A stretch of DNA of 64,000 bases from an uncultured Hoministercoradaptatus sp. Its GTDB lineage: Bacteria; Bacillota; Clostridia; Lachnospirales; Lachnospiraceae. A program made the position numbers and the translations under genes. Below are positions 19,337-29,098 of this stretch, piece after piece. The notes under the pieces were generated by a model. It was given only the letters and a program-made list of their open reading frames with translations, had not been told where the DNA came from and ran no database searches. The stretch is taken from positions 16,118 to 80,117 of the forward strand of contig CAYRTA010000001.1 of assembly GCA_964427045.1 (NCBI GenBank), given 5' to 3'. The stretch's first letter is position 1. Every line of letters begins with the position of its first letter.

Positions 19337-20584
19337 ATGAAAAGACGTTTATGGATACTGATGCTTGCGTTGGGTTTGCTGACAGTGGCAGGCTGTGCGG
19401 ACACTTCTTCGGATGATGAAGAGACGCAGGAGGCAAGCGTGACGGATGATGTGGAAGAGGAAGAGGGAGAGAAAGAAGACGATGCGGAAGAAGATACCCG
19501 TACAACGGCAGAAATCCTTGCGGAAGTAGATATTGATAAATGTGTGGTACTGGGTGACTATAAAAATATTACCGTTGAAAAGTCTGTGGAGGCCGTTACA
19601 GATGAATATCTGCAGAGTCTGATTGATGAAGATCTGGCTCTTTATCCGGTGGATGTTGCCGGCCGCAGCATTGTACAGGACGGAGATATTGTTAATATCG
19701 ATTATGTAGGAACCATGGAGGGAGAAGAGTTTGACGGCGGCAGCGGTACCGGTGTGAATCTGACCATCGGCTCCGGCCAGTTCATTGCCGGATTCGAGGA
19801 TGGACTGATCGGTAAAAGCAAAGGCGAGACGGTTGTGCTGGATCTGACCTTCCCGGAGGGATATACGGATTTGTTATCCGGAAAAGATGTGCAGTTTACG
19901 GTTACCATCAATGCCATCAAGCAGCCGCTGGAAGAGCCTACGGACGAATGGGTAGCTGCCAACATCGCAGGTTATTATACCGTAGAAGAATATGAGAATG
20001 GCCTGCGTGAGGAGCAGGAAGAGGCCAACGAAGAAACGGCGCTGAATCAGATGCGTTATAATTCCTGGATGCAGGTAGTAGATAACTGTACGATTCTGGA
20101 ATATCCGGAACCCCTGATGGAGAAGGGCAGAGCGTTGTATGATCAGCAGGCGGAGTATTATGCCACCTTATGCGGCATGACCCTGGAAGAGTATGTGGAA
20201 GCCGCGGGTCTGACCATGGATGAATATGAAGAGAATAAAGAAGCGTATGCGGAGGAAATCACGGCGCAGACGCTGGTAAATTATGCGATTTGCCAGGTGG
20301 AAGGTTTTGAGATCGGTGATGAAGGCTATCAGCAGGAAGTCAATGAACTGCTGGAGACAAATGACTGTGAGACAGAAGAGGAACTGATCGAGGCCTATGG
20401 CCAGGATAATGTGGAGCAGAGCGCTATGCTGAACCGTGTCAGTGATCTGATTTTGGAATACGCGACGATCGTCGAAGTGGATAATACGACGGATACGGTT
20501 GAGACAGAAGACGAAGCGGATGAATCTTCCGAAGATGAGGATAATACTGCGGAGGATGAGGACGGCGATTCGGCGGAGGAATAG
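19337..20584 (+). CDS. Trigger-factor-like FKBP PPIase lipoprotein
   Basis: Lipobox VAGC; [44 protein letters not shown] domain; trigger-factor C-terminal-like helices. Confidence 0.8.
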   Translation: MKRRLWILMLALGLLTVAGCADTSSDDEETQEASVTDDVEEEEGEKEDDAEEDTRTTAEILAEVDIDKCVVLGDYKNITVEKSVEAVTDEYLQSLIDEDLALYPVDVAGRSIVQDGDIVNIDYVGTMEGEEFDGGSGTGVNLTIGSGQFIAGFEDGLIGKSKGETVVLDLTFPEGYTDLLSGKDVQFTVTINAIKQPLEEPTDEWVAANIAGYYTVEEYENGLREEQEEANEETALNQMRYNSWMQVVDNCTILEYPEPLMEKGRALYDQQAEYYATLCGMTLEEYVEAAGLTMDEYEENKEAYAEEITAQTLVNYAICQVEGFEIGDEGYQQEVNELLETNDCETEEELIEAYGQDNVEQSAMLNRVSDLILEYATIVEVDNTTDTVETEDEADESSEDEDNTAEDEDGDSAEE

Positions 20585-20592
20585 ATTTCGTT

Positions 20593-21126
20593 ATGGGAGA
20601 ATTCAAAATAGAGAAGGGCGATATCACCACATATGCGGTAGATGCTATTGTCAATGCGGCTAACACCTCTCTCCTTGGCGGCGGCGGCGTGGATGGCGCC
20701 ATTCACCGGGCGGCTGGTCCGGAGCTTTTGGAAGAGTGCAGGACGCTCAATGGCTGCGATACAGGAAAGGCAAAAATTACCGGCGGGTATAACTTACCTG
20801 CCCGTTATGTAATTCATACGCCGGGGCCAATCTGGCATGGCGGTGATAATTATGAGGATGTGCTGCTGAAAAGCTGCTATGAATATTGCCTGAAGCTGGC
20901 AGAAAGCCGTGAATTGAAAACGATAGCGTTTCCGTCTATCAGCACCGGCGTATATGGGTATCCCCTGGAGAAAGCGGCGCGTGTTGCCGTAAGCACGATT
21001 TGTGATTTCCTGAAATGGACCCAGGTGGTGGAACAGGTGACGATGGTATGTCACGGTGACCGGGCCTTTCGTGTTTATGAACAGGTGTATGAAGATTACC
21101 AAAATGGGATATTAGAAAGCAATTAA
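20593..21126 (+). CDS. ymdB: Macrodomain O-acetyl-ADP-ribose deacetylase
   Basis: [49 protein letters not shown]. Confidence 0.92.
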   Translation: MGEFKIEKGDITTYAVDAIVNAANTSLLGGGGVDGAIHRAAGPELLEECRTLNGCDTGKAKITGGYNLPARYVIHTPGPIWHGGDNYEDVLLKSCYEYCLKLAESRELKTIAFPSISTGVYGYPLEKAARVAVSTICDFLKWTQVVEQVTMVCHGDRAFRVYEQVYEDYQNGILESN

Positions 21127-21133
21127 AGAGAAT

Positions 21134-21179
21134 AGCGCAGTTATTGGAGTTTGCTTACAATGACTGCGCTTCTTTTTTT
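21134..21179 (+). terminator. Rho-independent terminator
   Basis: AGCGCAGTTATTG...CAATGACTGCGCT followed by T run. Confidence 0.75.
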
Positions 21180-21196
21180 AAAGGAGGGTAAATGAA

Positions 21197-24100
21197 ATGT
21201 TTTTGACCATTGATAAGTTTAAAAAGAGAGTGGAAGAGCTGAAAGGGCGCAGATATGTAGATGCGGTCTCCATAGCGCCTTTTGCGTCCAGGGAAGGTGA
21301 ACGTGACAAAGATGAATGGTACCATGAACTTCCCGGGCCGGTAGAAGGAAGTCCTTTCGGTGTGGGTGACGTACTGAAAGGCCGGGATCACTATCTTTGG
21401 CTGGAGACGGAGACTGTGCTCTTACAGAAAAGAGAAGGCATGGAGGTCCTGGGCATCTTTGACTTCGGTGAGAATGATTTTGGCAATAAGCATGGTGTGG
21501 AGGCGCTTCTCTATGTGGATGGACATCCTTACCAGGGTGTGGATATCAATCACAGCGAGGTGTTCTTCGATGGTCTGGAAGGGCAGAAGGTCCGGCTGAC
21601 CTTTTTGCTGTGGAGTGGTCTGGAAGGCGGACAGATCCCGCAGAATTTTTATCATCGGTGTCAGCGGGCGGATCTGGCTTATCTTCATAAGAGCACGGAT
21701 CAATTGTATTATTTTGCCAGAGCGATTACGGAAAGTCTGGAACTGATGAGTCCTGATCAGGAGCAATATGAGGATTTAAAGGGTGTGCTGGAGAGAACGC
21801 TGGCGTATATCAACTGGGACGCGGATGCCTTCTACGCATCCGCCGACCAGGCATACGAGGTGCTGAAACAGGAGTTGAATCGTCTGGAAAAAAGAACGGA
21901 TGTGACGGTTCATGTGGTAGGACACACGCACATTGACGTGGCGTGGCTGTGGCGGTTTAAACATACCCGTGAAAAATGCCAGCGCTCTTTCGCGACGGTG
22001 CTTCACCTGATGGAAAAGTACGATGAGTATCAGTTTTTACAGACGCAGCCGCAGCTTTATCAATATATCAAAGAAGATGTTCCGGAATTATATGACCGGA
22101 TACGTGCAAGAATCGCGGATGGCCACTGGGAAGTGGACGGCGGCATGTGGGTGGAAGCCGACTGTAATCTATCCTCCGGGGAATCTCTGGTGCGGCAATT
22201 TCTGCTGGGAACCCGGTTTATCGAGCGGGAATTCGGAAAAAAGTGCGAATATCTGTGGCTTCCCGACGTGTTTGGTTATAGCTGGGCGCTGCCCCAGATT
22301 TTGAAGCAGTGTGAGATCACGACGTTTATGACGACGAAGATCAGTTGGAACCAGTTTAATACTATTCCGGATGATCTATTCTGGTGGAAAGGCATCGACG
22401 GAACCAAAATCATGACCTATTTTGTGGATACGCCTGCGGACGGAAAGCCCGTGGAGGCCCGCTTTTCCACCTACAATGGCGTGATCACGCCCCGTTCGGT
22501 CATGGGAAACTGGAAGAAATTTAAAAATAAGGAATTGTCGAAAGAAACGCTGTTGTCTTATGGCTATGGCGACGGCGGCGGCGGAGTGAACCGTGATATG
22601 CTGGAACTTCGCAGAGCCATGGATGTCATTCCCGGTATCCCCCATGTGAAGCCTTCTTCGGCAGGCGCTTTCTTCAGACGGATGCATGAAAAGCTGGAAA
22701 AGACAGACCGTTACGTACATACCTGGGATGGAGAACTGTATCTGGAATATCATCGCGGAACCTATACCTCCCAGGCTTATAATAAGAAAATGAACCGTTA
22801 TCTGGAAAATTATCTGGCGCAGACGGAGTGGCTGGCTTCCATGGCCTATCTGCAAAATGGCAGGTATGACCGGGAGAAACTCAATCAGGCATGGGAATGC
22901 ATTTTGCTGCACCAATTCCATGATGTCATTCCTGGCTCTTCCATACGGGAGGTGTATCAGGATTCCCGAATCAATTATGAAAGAGCGCTGGAGACCATTG
23001 ATCAGGTGCGGGCAGAAACAGCCGCGGTGCTTACCGCTTCGGATGATTTTGTATACAGCATCTATTCCACAAATAGCTTTGGCGGGAAAGAATTGGTTAC
23101 GATTCCTGTTTGCGAGGCGGGGTATTTTGCAGATGAGGATGGAAAGGTCCTTCCGGCGGCCAGGACGAAAGACGGTTATGAGGTGCTGACCGAAGTTCGG
23201 CCTTTCGGCGTGGCGGCAGTACGTTTTATACCGGAGACCGAGCCGCCGTGTCCTTGTTCGGATAGTCCCTTCATCTGGAAAAACAGAACACTGGATACCC
23301 CGTACTACCATATTGTCTGGAATCAGGCGGGCCAGATCAGTTTCCTCTATGATAAAGAGGCAGGGCGGCAGGTTTTGAGAGAGGGAGAAGCCGGAAATGT
23401 GCTGGAAGTATATGAGGACAGACCGCTGAATTACGACGCCTGGGATGTGGACATTTTCCATGTGCAAAAGATGGAGGAAGTTTCGGCAGCAGGTGAACCA
23501 GAGGTTTTAGAACAAAATGGGCTAAAAATAACATTGCTGTTTTCGTACCGGTATCACAATTCAGTTATCCGGCAGAAGGTTATGTTATATCGGGATTCCC
23601 GCCGCATCGACTTTGTGACGAAGGTGGACTGGCAGGAAGATCACCGGCTTTTAAAGGTAGCGTTCCATACGGATATCCGGGCGACGAAGGCCACGTACGA
23701 TATCCAGTTTGGACATGTAGAGCGGCCGACCCACTGGAGCAATAGTTGGGATTGGGCCCGCTTTGAAGTGTGCGGTCATAAATGGGCAGACCTTTCCGAA
23801 TATGGATATGGCGTCAGCCTGTTAAATACCTGCAAATACGGCCATAGCATCAAAGACCATGTCATGCGGCTTACTTTATTAAAGAGCGCCAAATATCCGG
23901 ACGCCGCCGCGGATATGGGTGAGCATACCTTTACGTATGCCCTGTATCCCCATAGAGGCAGTCTCATGGAGGGAGGAACCGTGGAAGAAGCAAACCGTCT
24001 GAATCTGCCGGCGCAGGTAATGGCAGGTCGCTGGAAGGATGAAAGAAAAATCGTAGAAGTGTCCAGTCCGCAGGTGCAGATTGACGCTGTGAAGCTGGCG

Positions 24101-24316
24101 GAGGATGAAGATTGCCTGATTGTCCGGATGCATGAGTGCCGCGGCGGTCAGGACCATGTGATTATGAGGTCACAATACGATGTGTCGAAGATCGTTCCCT
24201 GTAACTTACTGGAACATGATTGCGGCGAAGCGGTTATGGGTAAGCGGGTGGAATTTGTGATCAGGCCGTTTGAAATCCGGACATGGAAATTGTATCTTGG
24301 AAAACAGGAGGGTTGA
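21197..24316 (+). CDS. GH38 alpha-mannosidase
   Basis: GHTHIDVAWLW, WLPDVFGY, GYGDGGGG, WDGELYLEYHRGTYTSQ, QFHDVIPGSSI, RFEVCGHKWADLSE. Confidence 0.93.
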   Translation: MFLTIDKFKKRVEELKGRRYVDAVSIAPFASREGERDKDEWYHELPGPVEGSPFGVGDVLKGRDHYLWLETETVLLQKREGMEVLGIFDFGENDFGNKHGVEALLYVDGHPYQGVDINHSEVFFDGLEGQKVRLTFLLWSGLEGGQIPQNFYHRCQRADLAYLHKSTDQLYYFARAITESLELMSPDQEQYEDLKGVLERTLAYINWDADAFYASADQAYEVLKQELNRLEKRTDVTVHVVGHTHIDVAWLWRFKHTREKCQRSFATVLHLMEKYDEYQFLQTQPQLYQYIKEDVPELYDRIRARIADGHWEVDGGMWVEADCNLSSGESLVRQFLLGTRFIEREFGKKCEYLWLPDVFGYSWALPQILKQCEITTFMTTKISWNQFNTIPDDLFWWKGIDGTKIMTYFVDTPADGKPVEARFSTYNGVITPRSVMGNWKKFKNKELSKETLLSYGYGDGGGGVNRDMLELRRAMDVIPGIPHVKPSSAGAFFRRMHEKLEKTDRYVHTWDGELYLEYHRGTYTSQAYNKKMNRYLENYLAQTEWLASMAYLQNGRYDREKLNQAWECILLHQFHDVIPGSSIREVYQDSRINYERALETIDQVRAETAAVLTASDDFVYSIYSTNSFGGKELVTIPVCEAGYFADEDGKVLPAARTKDGYEVLTEVRPFGVAAVRFIPETEPPCPCSDSPFIWKNRTLDTPYYHIVWNQAGQISFLYDKEAGRQVLREGEAGNVLEVYEDRPLNYDAWDVDIFHVQKMEEVSAAGEPEVLEQNGLKITLLFSYRYHNSVIRQKVMLYRDSRRIDFVTKVDWQEDHRLLKVAFHTDIRATKATYDIQFGHVERPTHWSNSWDWARFEVCGHKWADLSEYGYGVSLLNTCKYGHSIKDHVMRLTLLKSAKYPDAAADMGEHTFTYALYPHRGSLMEGGTVEEANRLNLPAQVMAGRWKDERKIVEVSSPQVQIDAVKLAEDEDCLIVRMHECRGGQDHVIMRSQYDVSKIVPCNLLEHDCGEAVMGKRVEFVIRPFEIRTWKLYLGKQEG

Positions 24317-24319
24317 AAC

Positions 24320-24601
24320 ATGGGTCAGGAAAACTATGAAAAGCAGCATTTGGCAAAAATACAGAAGGCGCTGCAGGCGAAACGAATCGAATTTTCCTAT
24401 GTGGAAGAAGATGGCTGCGCAAGCATCGATTTTCAGTTCCGGGGTCTGAGATATCATATCTGGGAATTTGAGGATGAAGGCGAGTGGGGCGTAGAGACGA
24501 ATGTCTATATCGCCGGCAGAAGCCAGGAAATTCTGGGAGATTATGATGAAGAAATCTCCCAGTTGATACTTGGCTGGCCTGAAATGATTGTCACGAAATA
24601 G
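24320..24601 (+). CDS. Small acidic hypothetical protein
   Basis: RBS GGAGG, 3 bp after the GH38 stop; 93 aa. Confidence 0.75.
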   Translation: MGQENYEKQHLAKIQKALQAKRIEFSYVEEDGCASIDFQFRGLRYHIWEFEDEGEWGVETNVYIAGRSQEILGDYDEEISQLILGWPEMIVTK

Positions 24602-24603
24602 GT

Positions 24604-25584
24604 TTACATAAGAAACTGAATAATACAGAAGGCTGCGTAGACGGCCAGCAGGATGATACCCTGCAGACGTGTCAGCTTTCCTCTTACCAGTGCGGGCATA
24701 GTCAAAAAGAGCATAACAAAAAGCATAACCGGAATATCCATAATCAAAGAGGCGTTGTATCCGGCGATGGTGGAACTTTGGGGAATGTCAAAGGGCGACA
24801 GGGTGGTGGCTACACCTGAAACCAGCACCAGATTAAACAGGTTGGCGCCGATGACGTTACCGAGGGAAAGAGAACCGTGCCCCTTTGTCAGAGAAGTAAT
24901 GGCTGTTACCAGTTCCGGAAGAGACGTTCCCAGAGCTACGAACGTAAGGGCGATGACGGATTCCGGAACACCCAGGGCCTGGGCGATCAGAGTTCCGTTG
25001 TCAACCAGCAGGTTGGCCCCTGCCGCAATCAGGCCGGCGCCGATGACTAAAAGCACTAAATCTTTGCCAAAGCTATTTGGCTGATTGGCATCCGGAATTT
25101 CCGCCGGAGAATCCTTTTCGGCAGGCTGCGGCTGATTTTTCATCTGCCTGACTGTGACTGCCATATAAATAACGAAAAGAAGTAAGAATCCAATACCGGT
25201 CATGCGGCTGAAATGGCCGCTGATATAGGCCGTCAGGGCATAGAAGACAGCGGAAATAAAGAAGAAAAGAACCGGTGTCGTCATAGTCTTTTTGTCCACT
25301 TTACAGGGCTTGATGGCAATGGTCAGGGCAGCGATCAGAGCTGTATTACAGATGATGGAGCCGATGGCATTTCCATAAGCGATCTCACCGTGGCCGCTGA
25401 CAGCGGAAGTGGCGGATACCATGACTTCGGGAAGTGTCGTGCCGATGGAAACGACGGTGGCGCCGATCAGGATATCCGGGACATGAAAGGTCTGCGCGAT
25501 ACCGGTAGCACCGTCTACGAACCAGTCTCCGCCCTTAATTAATAGAACAAGACCAATGATGAATAATAATACGGGAATGAACAT
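24604..25584 (-). CDS. CaCA-family calcium/sodium:proton antiporter (YrbG-like)
   Basis: Two alpha repeats GTTLPE / GTSLPE with GNAIGS and GNVIGAN; about 10 TM helices. Confidence 0.9.
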   Translation of the reverse strand: MFIPVLLFIIGLVLLIKGGDWFVDGATGIAQTFHVPDILIGATVVSIGTTLPEVMVSATSAVSGHGEIAYGNAIGSIICNTALIAALTIAIKPCKVDKKTMTTPVLFFFISAVFYALTAYISGHFSRMTGIGFLLLFVIYMAVTVRQMKNQPQPAEKDSPAEIPDANQPNSFGKDLVLLVIGAGLIAAGANLLVDNGTLIAQALGVPESVIALTFVALGTSLPELVTAITSLTKGHGSLSLGNVIGANLFNLVLVSGVATTLSPFDIPQSSTIAGYNASLIMDIPVMLFVMLFLTMPALVRGKLTRLQGIILLAVYAAFCIIQFLM

Positions 25585-25606
25585 GTCTTAAGAACTCCTT
25601 TCCTGC

Positions 25607-26206
25607 TTATAGGATTCCCTTAATAAAGATTTCGATACCGATCAAAATCAGGATGACACCTCCTAAAATACCGGCTTTATTGACTTTTGTAAAGAGCTTT
25701 GTGCCAAGTTTTCCGATTTCGAGACCGGTCATACAGATAACGAAGGTTACGGTGGCGATGATCAGGGAACAGACCAGGGCCATGACCCAGCCATAATCAG
25801 ATATGGTAAATCCTACGGAGAGCGCATCGATGGAAGTGGCCACGCCTTGCAGAAACAGTGCGCCAAAGCCCAGCGTTTTCGTGCAGGTTTCCGCATGGCC
25901 GGGTTTACATTCCTGCCTGCATTCCCATATCATGCTGATGCCAATATAAGAAAGAAGGATAAGGGCAATCCAGGGAATCAGCTTTTCAAATGCCCGGAAA
26001 TACTGTACGATGGTGTGAACGCAAACCCAGCCAGTCATAGGCATCAAAGCCTGGAAGATGGCGAAGGTTCCGGCGATCGTACACATTTTGCCTCGCCTCA
26101 TCTGCGGTTCATTCAATGCATTGGCAATGGATACGGAAAAGGCGTCCATAGCCAGCCCTATGCCAAGCAGGATACTATTCATGAAAAATAAAACATTCCA
26201 ATTCAT
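25607..26206 (-). CDS. mntP: Manganese efflux pump MntP
   Basis: GLAMDAFSVS, FQALMP..GW, ATSIDALSVG, GGVILILIG; upstream yybP-ykoY riboswitch. Confidence 0.92.
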   Translation of the reverse strand: MNWNVLFFMNSILLGIGLAMDAFSVSIANALNEPQMRRGKMCTIAGTFAIFQALMPMTGWVCVHTIVQYFRAFEKLIPWIALILLSYIGISMIWECRQECKPGHAETCTKTLGFGALFLQGVATSIDALSVGFTISDYGWVMALVCSLIIATVTFVICMTGLEIGKLGTKLFTKVNKAGILGGVILILIGIEIFIKGIL

Positions 26207-26267
26207 CAAGTCTCTCCTTTGTCTTTAGAATCATATGGAATAGTTTCCGATTTATGCCATAAACAAA

Positions 26268-26360
26268 GCGGACGGTTCCACTTCTATATATGCGGGCAGC
26301 TCCACTTCTACATATGCAGGTAGTTCTGCTTCTATAATATACAGGCAGCGCCGCTTCTGC
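26268..26360. repeat. Degenerate ~24-bp tandem repeat, about 4 copies
   Basis: GCGGACGGTTCCACTTCTATATAT / GCGGGCAGCTCCACTTCTACATAT / GCAGGTAGTTCTGCTTCTATAATAT / ACAGGCAGCGCCGCTTCTGC. Confidence 0.75.
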
Positions 26361-26371
26361 GTTTATACCAT

Positions 26372-26401
26372 AAAAAACGGATAGGCAGGGCAGCCTATCC
26401 G
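26372..26401 (-). terminator. Riboswitch expression-platform terminator
   Basis: Minus strand CGGATAGGC-TGCCCT-GCCTATCCG-TTTTTT. Confidence 0.85.
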
Positions 26402-26454
26402 GTAATTCCACGATTTTATGCAGAGATCACCATGTATATAGCCGCACTGCGATA

Positions 26455-26546
26455 TACATGAGTCTCGTAATTTAAAACAAGCCAGACCAAAGGTCAGTAT
26501 GTTGACTTGCTACGTCAAAATGGCGCTTACTACTCCCTCATGAGTA
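26455..26546 (-). ncRNA. yybP-ykoY manganese riboswitch
   Basis: Minus strand CATGAG-GGAGTAG...GTCAACATAC...CGAGACTCATG conserved blocks with closing P1; upstream of mntP; TTGACT-18-TAGAAT promoter at 26559-26588. Confidence 0.88.
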
Positions 26547-26605
26547 ATTGACTCACTTATTCTAGCAAGCGTCACTTTGATTAGTCAATACTAACATATG
26601 GTAAA

Positions 26606-26857
26606 TTAACCCTTTAATCCGCGGGACTGGCGATCCATATCTTCGATAACAATATCGTAGATTTCACCCAGCGTTGAGCAATATTCCAATACCTTCCACG
26701 GTTCATTGGTGTGGAAGTGGATTTTGATCAGGTCCTCATCTCCAACAGCCAAAAGGCAATCCCCCTTAAAGTTCTCTGTAAAATAATCGCTGATTTCATC
26801 TTCGTCCAGATTTTCACCTTCGATCAAAAGCTGTGTATCGTACTTAAATTCAAGCAT
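26606..26857 (-). CDS. Stand-alone protein resembling the middle domain of fatty-acid kinase A (DAK2 fusion)
   Basis: GDCLLAVGDEDLIKIHFHTNEP...IVIEDM pattern; RBS AAGGAG. Confidence 0.7.
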   Translation of the reverse strand: MLEFKYDTQLLIEGENLDEDEISDYFTENFKGDCLLAVGDEDLIKIHFHTNEPWKVLEYCSTLGEIYDIVIEDMDRQSRGLKG

Positions 26858-26968
26858 CTCTTGTTCTCCTTTCTGGTAAGCTTACACTAGCCATTATATT
26901 ATACAGGAAAATTGGAAAAATGTACACCCTGGTTTTTGCCGCGCAATTTAGGCCGCTGCCGGCAGCCG

Positions 26969-27913
26969 TTAAGCGGCCGCCTGATGTCGTTTAAAGTTTT
27001 TTACCGGGATTTGCGCCAGTATGATAGCGGCGAAAATCAAAACGCAGCCGGCCAGTTCTTTCACACCCAGGTATTGATGCAGCAGGAGCCATCCGGCTAG
27101 TACGGAAAAGACAGATTCCAAACTCATAAGCAAAGATGCCACTGTCGGATGTACATTCTTTTGTCCGATGATCTGCAGTGTATAGGCCACGCCGCAGGAC
27201 AGACACCCGGCGTAGAGGATTGGCAGCCAGGTATTCCAGGTTAAGAGGGCCGGGGCCCAATCCCGGATGCCGGATAAAGAATGGCGCATGTCCACAAAAA
27301 ACATAGGAATGGCCGAAAGGCAGCCGCAGGTTAAAAATTGAAGGCAGGCCAAACGTACGCCGTCCACCCGGGGCGAAAAATGATCGACCAGCATGATCTG
27401 CACAGAGAAACATACGGAACAGATGATCAGCAGCGTATCGGAAAACTGTAAGCGGAATGTGCCGCCCATACATAACAGGTAGAGTCCAATAACCGTAAGT
27501 AAAACACCGAGCCAGATATTCCAGCTGCATGCCCGTTTCAGAAACAGGCCCAAAATGGGAACAAAAATAACGTAGCAGGCAGTCAAAAATCCTGCCTTTC
27601 CCACCGGGGTTCCCAGATTGATGCCCACTTGCTGCACGTTGGAAGCGATGCAGAGGGCAATACCGCAGCTGACACTGCCGGTGATTAGTTGTTTGCGGTC
27701 TTTGGCCGTAACCGGTTTGTTTTTGGATAGCCCGGCTTTGTCAAGGACGCAGATAACCGGAAGCAAAACAGCGGAACCGATCAGGTTACGAATGCAGTTA
27801 AAACTATAAGGGCCAATGGCATCGCCGCCTTCACTTTGAGCCACGAAGGCGACACCCCAAATAAGGGCTGCCAGAACCAGTAATAAAGCGTTGCGTATTT
27901 TTGCGAATTTCAT
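26969..27913 (-). CDS. DMT/EamA-family transporter
   Basis: AALIWGVAFVAQ, GKAGFLTACY, AYTLQIIGQK, ASLLMSLESVF; about 10 TM helices. Confidence 0.9.
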   Translation of the reverse strand: MKFAKIRNALLLVLAALIWGVAFVAQSEGGDAIGPYSFNCIRNLIGSAVLLPVICVLDKAGLSKNKPVTAKDRKQLITGSVSCGIALCIASNVQQVGINLGTPVGKAGFLTACYVIFVPILGLFLKRACSWNIWLGVLLTVIGLYLLCMGGTFRLQFSDTLLIICSVCFSVQIMLVDHFSPRVDGVRLACLQFLTCGCLSAIPMFFVDMRHSLSGIRDWAPALLTWNTWLPILYAGCLSCGVAYTLQIIGQKNVHPTVASLLMSLESVFSVLAGWLLLHQYLGVKELAGCVLIFAAIILAQIPVKNFKRHQAAA

Positions 27914-27959
27914 TTGTACACTCCTTACGGTATTTCTTGTATACTGCGTACGCCGTAAT

Positions 27960-28835
27960 TTATAACGGCGTATTGGATTTCAGGGAACGCAGATAACGGA
28001 TACAGGAAAGGGCGGCCTTAGCGCCTTCTCCCACGGCCACGGATACCTGTAAAATTCCTCCGATGCAGTCACCGGCCGCGAATACTCCCGGAAGGCCTGT
28101 ATCCATCTGCTCATTGACAATGATTCGGTCGTCCTGAAGCTGTATGCCAAGCTTTCTGGCCAGATCGCTGCCTTTGGCCGTACCAATGGCCACGAAGAGA
28201 CAAGCCACATCCAGGCGGCTTTGATCTTCGAAAACGATAGATTCCAATACGTCCTCTCCGGCCAGATTGGAAATCGGCGAGGTAATGACCGTAACTTCCG
28301 GCGGAAAGGTTACAGTAGGCTGGATTCCTCCGGTGACAACCGTTACGCTTCCCACAATGGGAAGCAGTTCCTTAACCTCGTGAAGCGCATACTCGCCGCT
28401 TCCCAGAACGGCCACCGGCTGTCCGCGGAAGAAAAAGGCGTCACAGATGGCGCAATAGCTGACGCCGTGACCCTCCAGGCGGTCTAAGTTGGGAATGGGC
28501 GGCCGCTTACGAGAGGTTCCGGTTGTTATGATGATAGCGCGGGCGGATAACCTGGTGGACGCCGTGGAAATGGTATAGTTTCCATCCCAGGAAATACCTA
28601 CCACTTCATCCTGTAATAAATGTCCGCCTAATGCGGCAACCTGTTTCTTCCCGTTTTCTACCAGTTCATTTCCGGAAAGGGGGCGCTCCAGGCCAAAATA
28701 ATTTTCGATTTTTTCCGCCCGCCCCAAAGCGCCGTTATCTTTTCCTATGACAGTAACGGAAAAACCGGCCCGTAGTATATAGAGTGCGGCAGACAGGCCT
28801 GCGGGGCCATTGCCGATAATAACAACATCCTGCAT
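27960..28835 (-). CDS. Thioredoxin-reductase-like FAD/NAD(P) oxidoreductase
   Basis: IIGNGPAGLSAA, GVSYCAICD (CxxC), VLGSG, GVFAAGDC; start 28835 follows GGAGG. Confidence 0.88.
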   Translation of the reverse strand: MQDVVIIGNGPAGLSAALYILRAGFSVTVIGKDNGALGRAEKIENYFGLERPLSGNELVENGKKQVAALGGHLLQDEVVGISWDGNYTISTASTRLSARAIIITTGTSRKRPPIPNLDRLEGHGVSYCAICDAFFFRGQPVAVLGSGEYALHEVKELLPIVGSVTVVTGGIQPTVTFPPEVTVITSPISNLAGEDVLESIVFEDQSRLDVACLFVAIGTAKGSDLARKLGIQLQDDRIIVNEQMDTGLPGVFAAGDCIGGILQVSVAVGEGAKAALSCIRYLRSLKSNTPL

Positions 28836-29020
28836 GTTCGAACCTCCTATGATAATTCTATGCGCGCATCCATATAAAAGATGCACCATATTAGTATAGT
28901 AGCTTCGGAGGAAAAATGTAAAGGCCTTCTTATGGAACTTGCAACTTTTTTTGTTCCGTAATAAGATAAGAGGAGATGTGCAAAAGAGTAGTATTGCAGG
29001 ATGGCAACAGGAACGCAGAA

Positions 29021-29082
29021 ACTGCATAAGAAAGATGGCAAAGAAATTGCATAAGAAAGATGGCAAAGAAACTGCATAAGGA
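29021..29082. repeat. 25-bp tandem repeat, about 2.5 copies
   Basis: (C/T)TGCATAAGAAAGATGGCAAAGAAA; TGCATAAG at 29023, 29048 and 29073. Confidence 0.85.
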
Positions 29083-29098
29083 AAGGAAGAATGTGGAT

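Noticed and set aside
19337-20584. Calling this gene tig
   Set aside because: No ribosome-binding motif, has a lipoprotein signal, and no clpP/clpX neighbours
26175-26411. 78-aa ORF in the mntP leader as a leader peptide
   Set aside because: It crosses the terminator and tandem repeats, has no clear RBS and overlaps mntP out of frame
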